A DNA stretch of 54,358 nt from Acidimicrobiales bacterium (GTDB taxonomy: Bacteria > Actinomycetota > Acidimicrobiia > Acidimicrobiales > SZUA-35), in contig JBBQUN010000003.1 of NCBI GenBank assembly GCA_038212405.1, positions 1 to 54,358 of the forward strand. The letters are read 5' to 3'. A program made the translations under genes and the position numbers. Positions 54,115 through 54,358 of this stretch are shown in pieces. The notes under the pieces are model-generated. The model saw nothing but the letters and a program-made list of their open reading frames with translations, searched no databases and was not told where the DNA came from. Each line of letters starts with the position of its first letter. Position 1 is the stretch's first letter.

Positions 54115-54358
54115 TCCGTCCTGGATCGTGAGATGAGGTGGCCGGGCCTATCGACAGAGCAGGAAGTGGAGCTCCTTCCGTGCAGATCAATCGGTGGAGG
54201 CGGCGTATCGGTTAGCAAGCCACGTGCCGAGCCCGGAGTGGGAATGGTGCGAGAACAGCTTCGGTGAGACCTTGCGTGGGCTGGCGGCCCGATCAAGCAT
54301 GGCTGCGACGAGGAGGAGTTGCCCAGCGGTAGCGAGCCGTTGGATCACAGCGATGTCC

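Larger units (their letters stand above)
9152..54358. mobile_element. Integrative conjugative element (MOB_F relaxase, VirD4/VirB4 T4SS, Tad pilus) at tRNA-Pro; right end beyond window
   Basis: Integrase directly 3' of the tRNA, plus excisionase, relaxase, coupling protein and T4SS genes. No duplicate of the tRNA 3' end was seen in the window. Confidence 0.85.

Noticed and set aside
1-54358. CRISPR array, rRNA, or retron/RT system
   Set aside because: No regularly spaced repeat-spacer array, rRNA-like sequence, cas gene or reverse transcriptase motif was seen.
54187-54358. 3' end of a minus-strand gene entering from the right edge
   Set aside because: An open frame (…DIAVIQRLATAGQLLLVAAMLDRA…STD-stop) exists but is too short to support a call.

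Overview
High-GC actinobacterial DNA; gene content suggests Acidimicrobiia (inference). Bases 1-9150 are chromosomal: the edge of an IS1182-like element, ispH, a cfa/DUF1365/FAD-oxidoreductase lipid operon, a DUF512 radical SAM gene, der, a PP2C phosphatase and tRNA-Pro(GGG). From the tRNA to the window end lies a large integrative conjugative element whose right end is not in the window. It carries a tyrosine integrase, two PD-(D/E)xK cargo nucleases, an excisionase, a transglycosylase-M23 hydrolase, a Tad/Flp pilus operon ending in a LysM-BTAD protein, a tandem-OB SSB, a Gram-positive T4SS (pilin, VirB8/6/3/4-like), a HEPN protein, a prepilin peptidase, a sigma70-like gene coupled to the VirD4 coupling protein, and a MOB_F relaxase coupled to a membrane-anchored exonuclease VII large-subunit homologue. 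Three signals read directly from the DNA stand out. (1) Five copies of a bipartite motif, TGTCCGAY-N15-GTCCCTCGTTKG, sit before five element operons (hydrolase/xis, Tad, SSB, T4SS, relaxase); this is a candidate element-specific sigma regulon. (2) A 3.76-kb integrase plus metal-resistance mini-element, bounded by perfect 20-bp direct repeats, is inserted at the candidate oriT nic site. (3) AATGTGAGATG boxes are shared by the oriT region and the sigma/VirD4 promoter. Start codons were re-called by eye where the ORF track was over-extended. No database search was run, so all family calls rest on recognised motifs.
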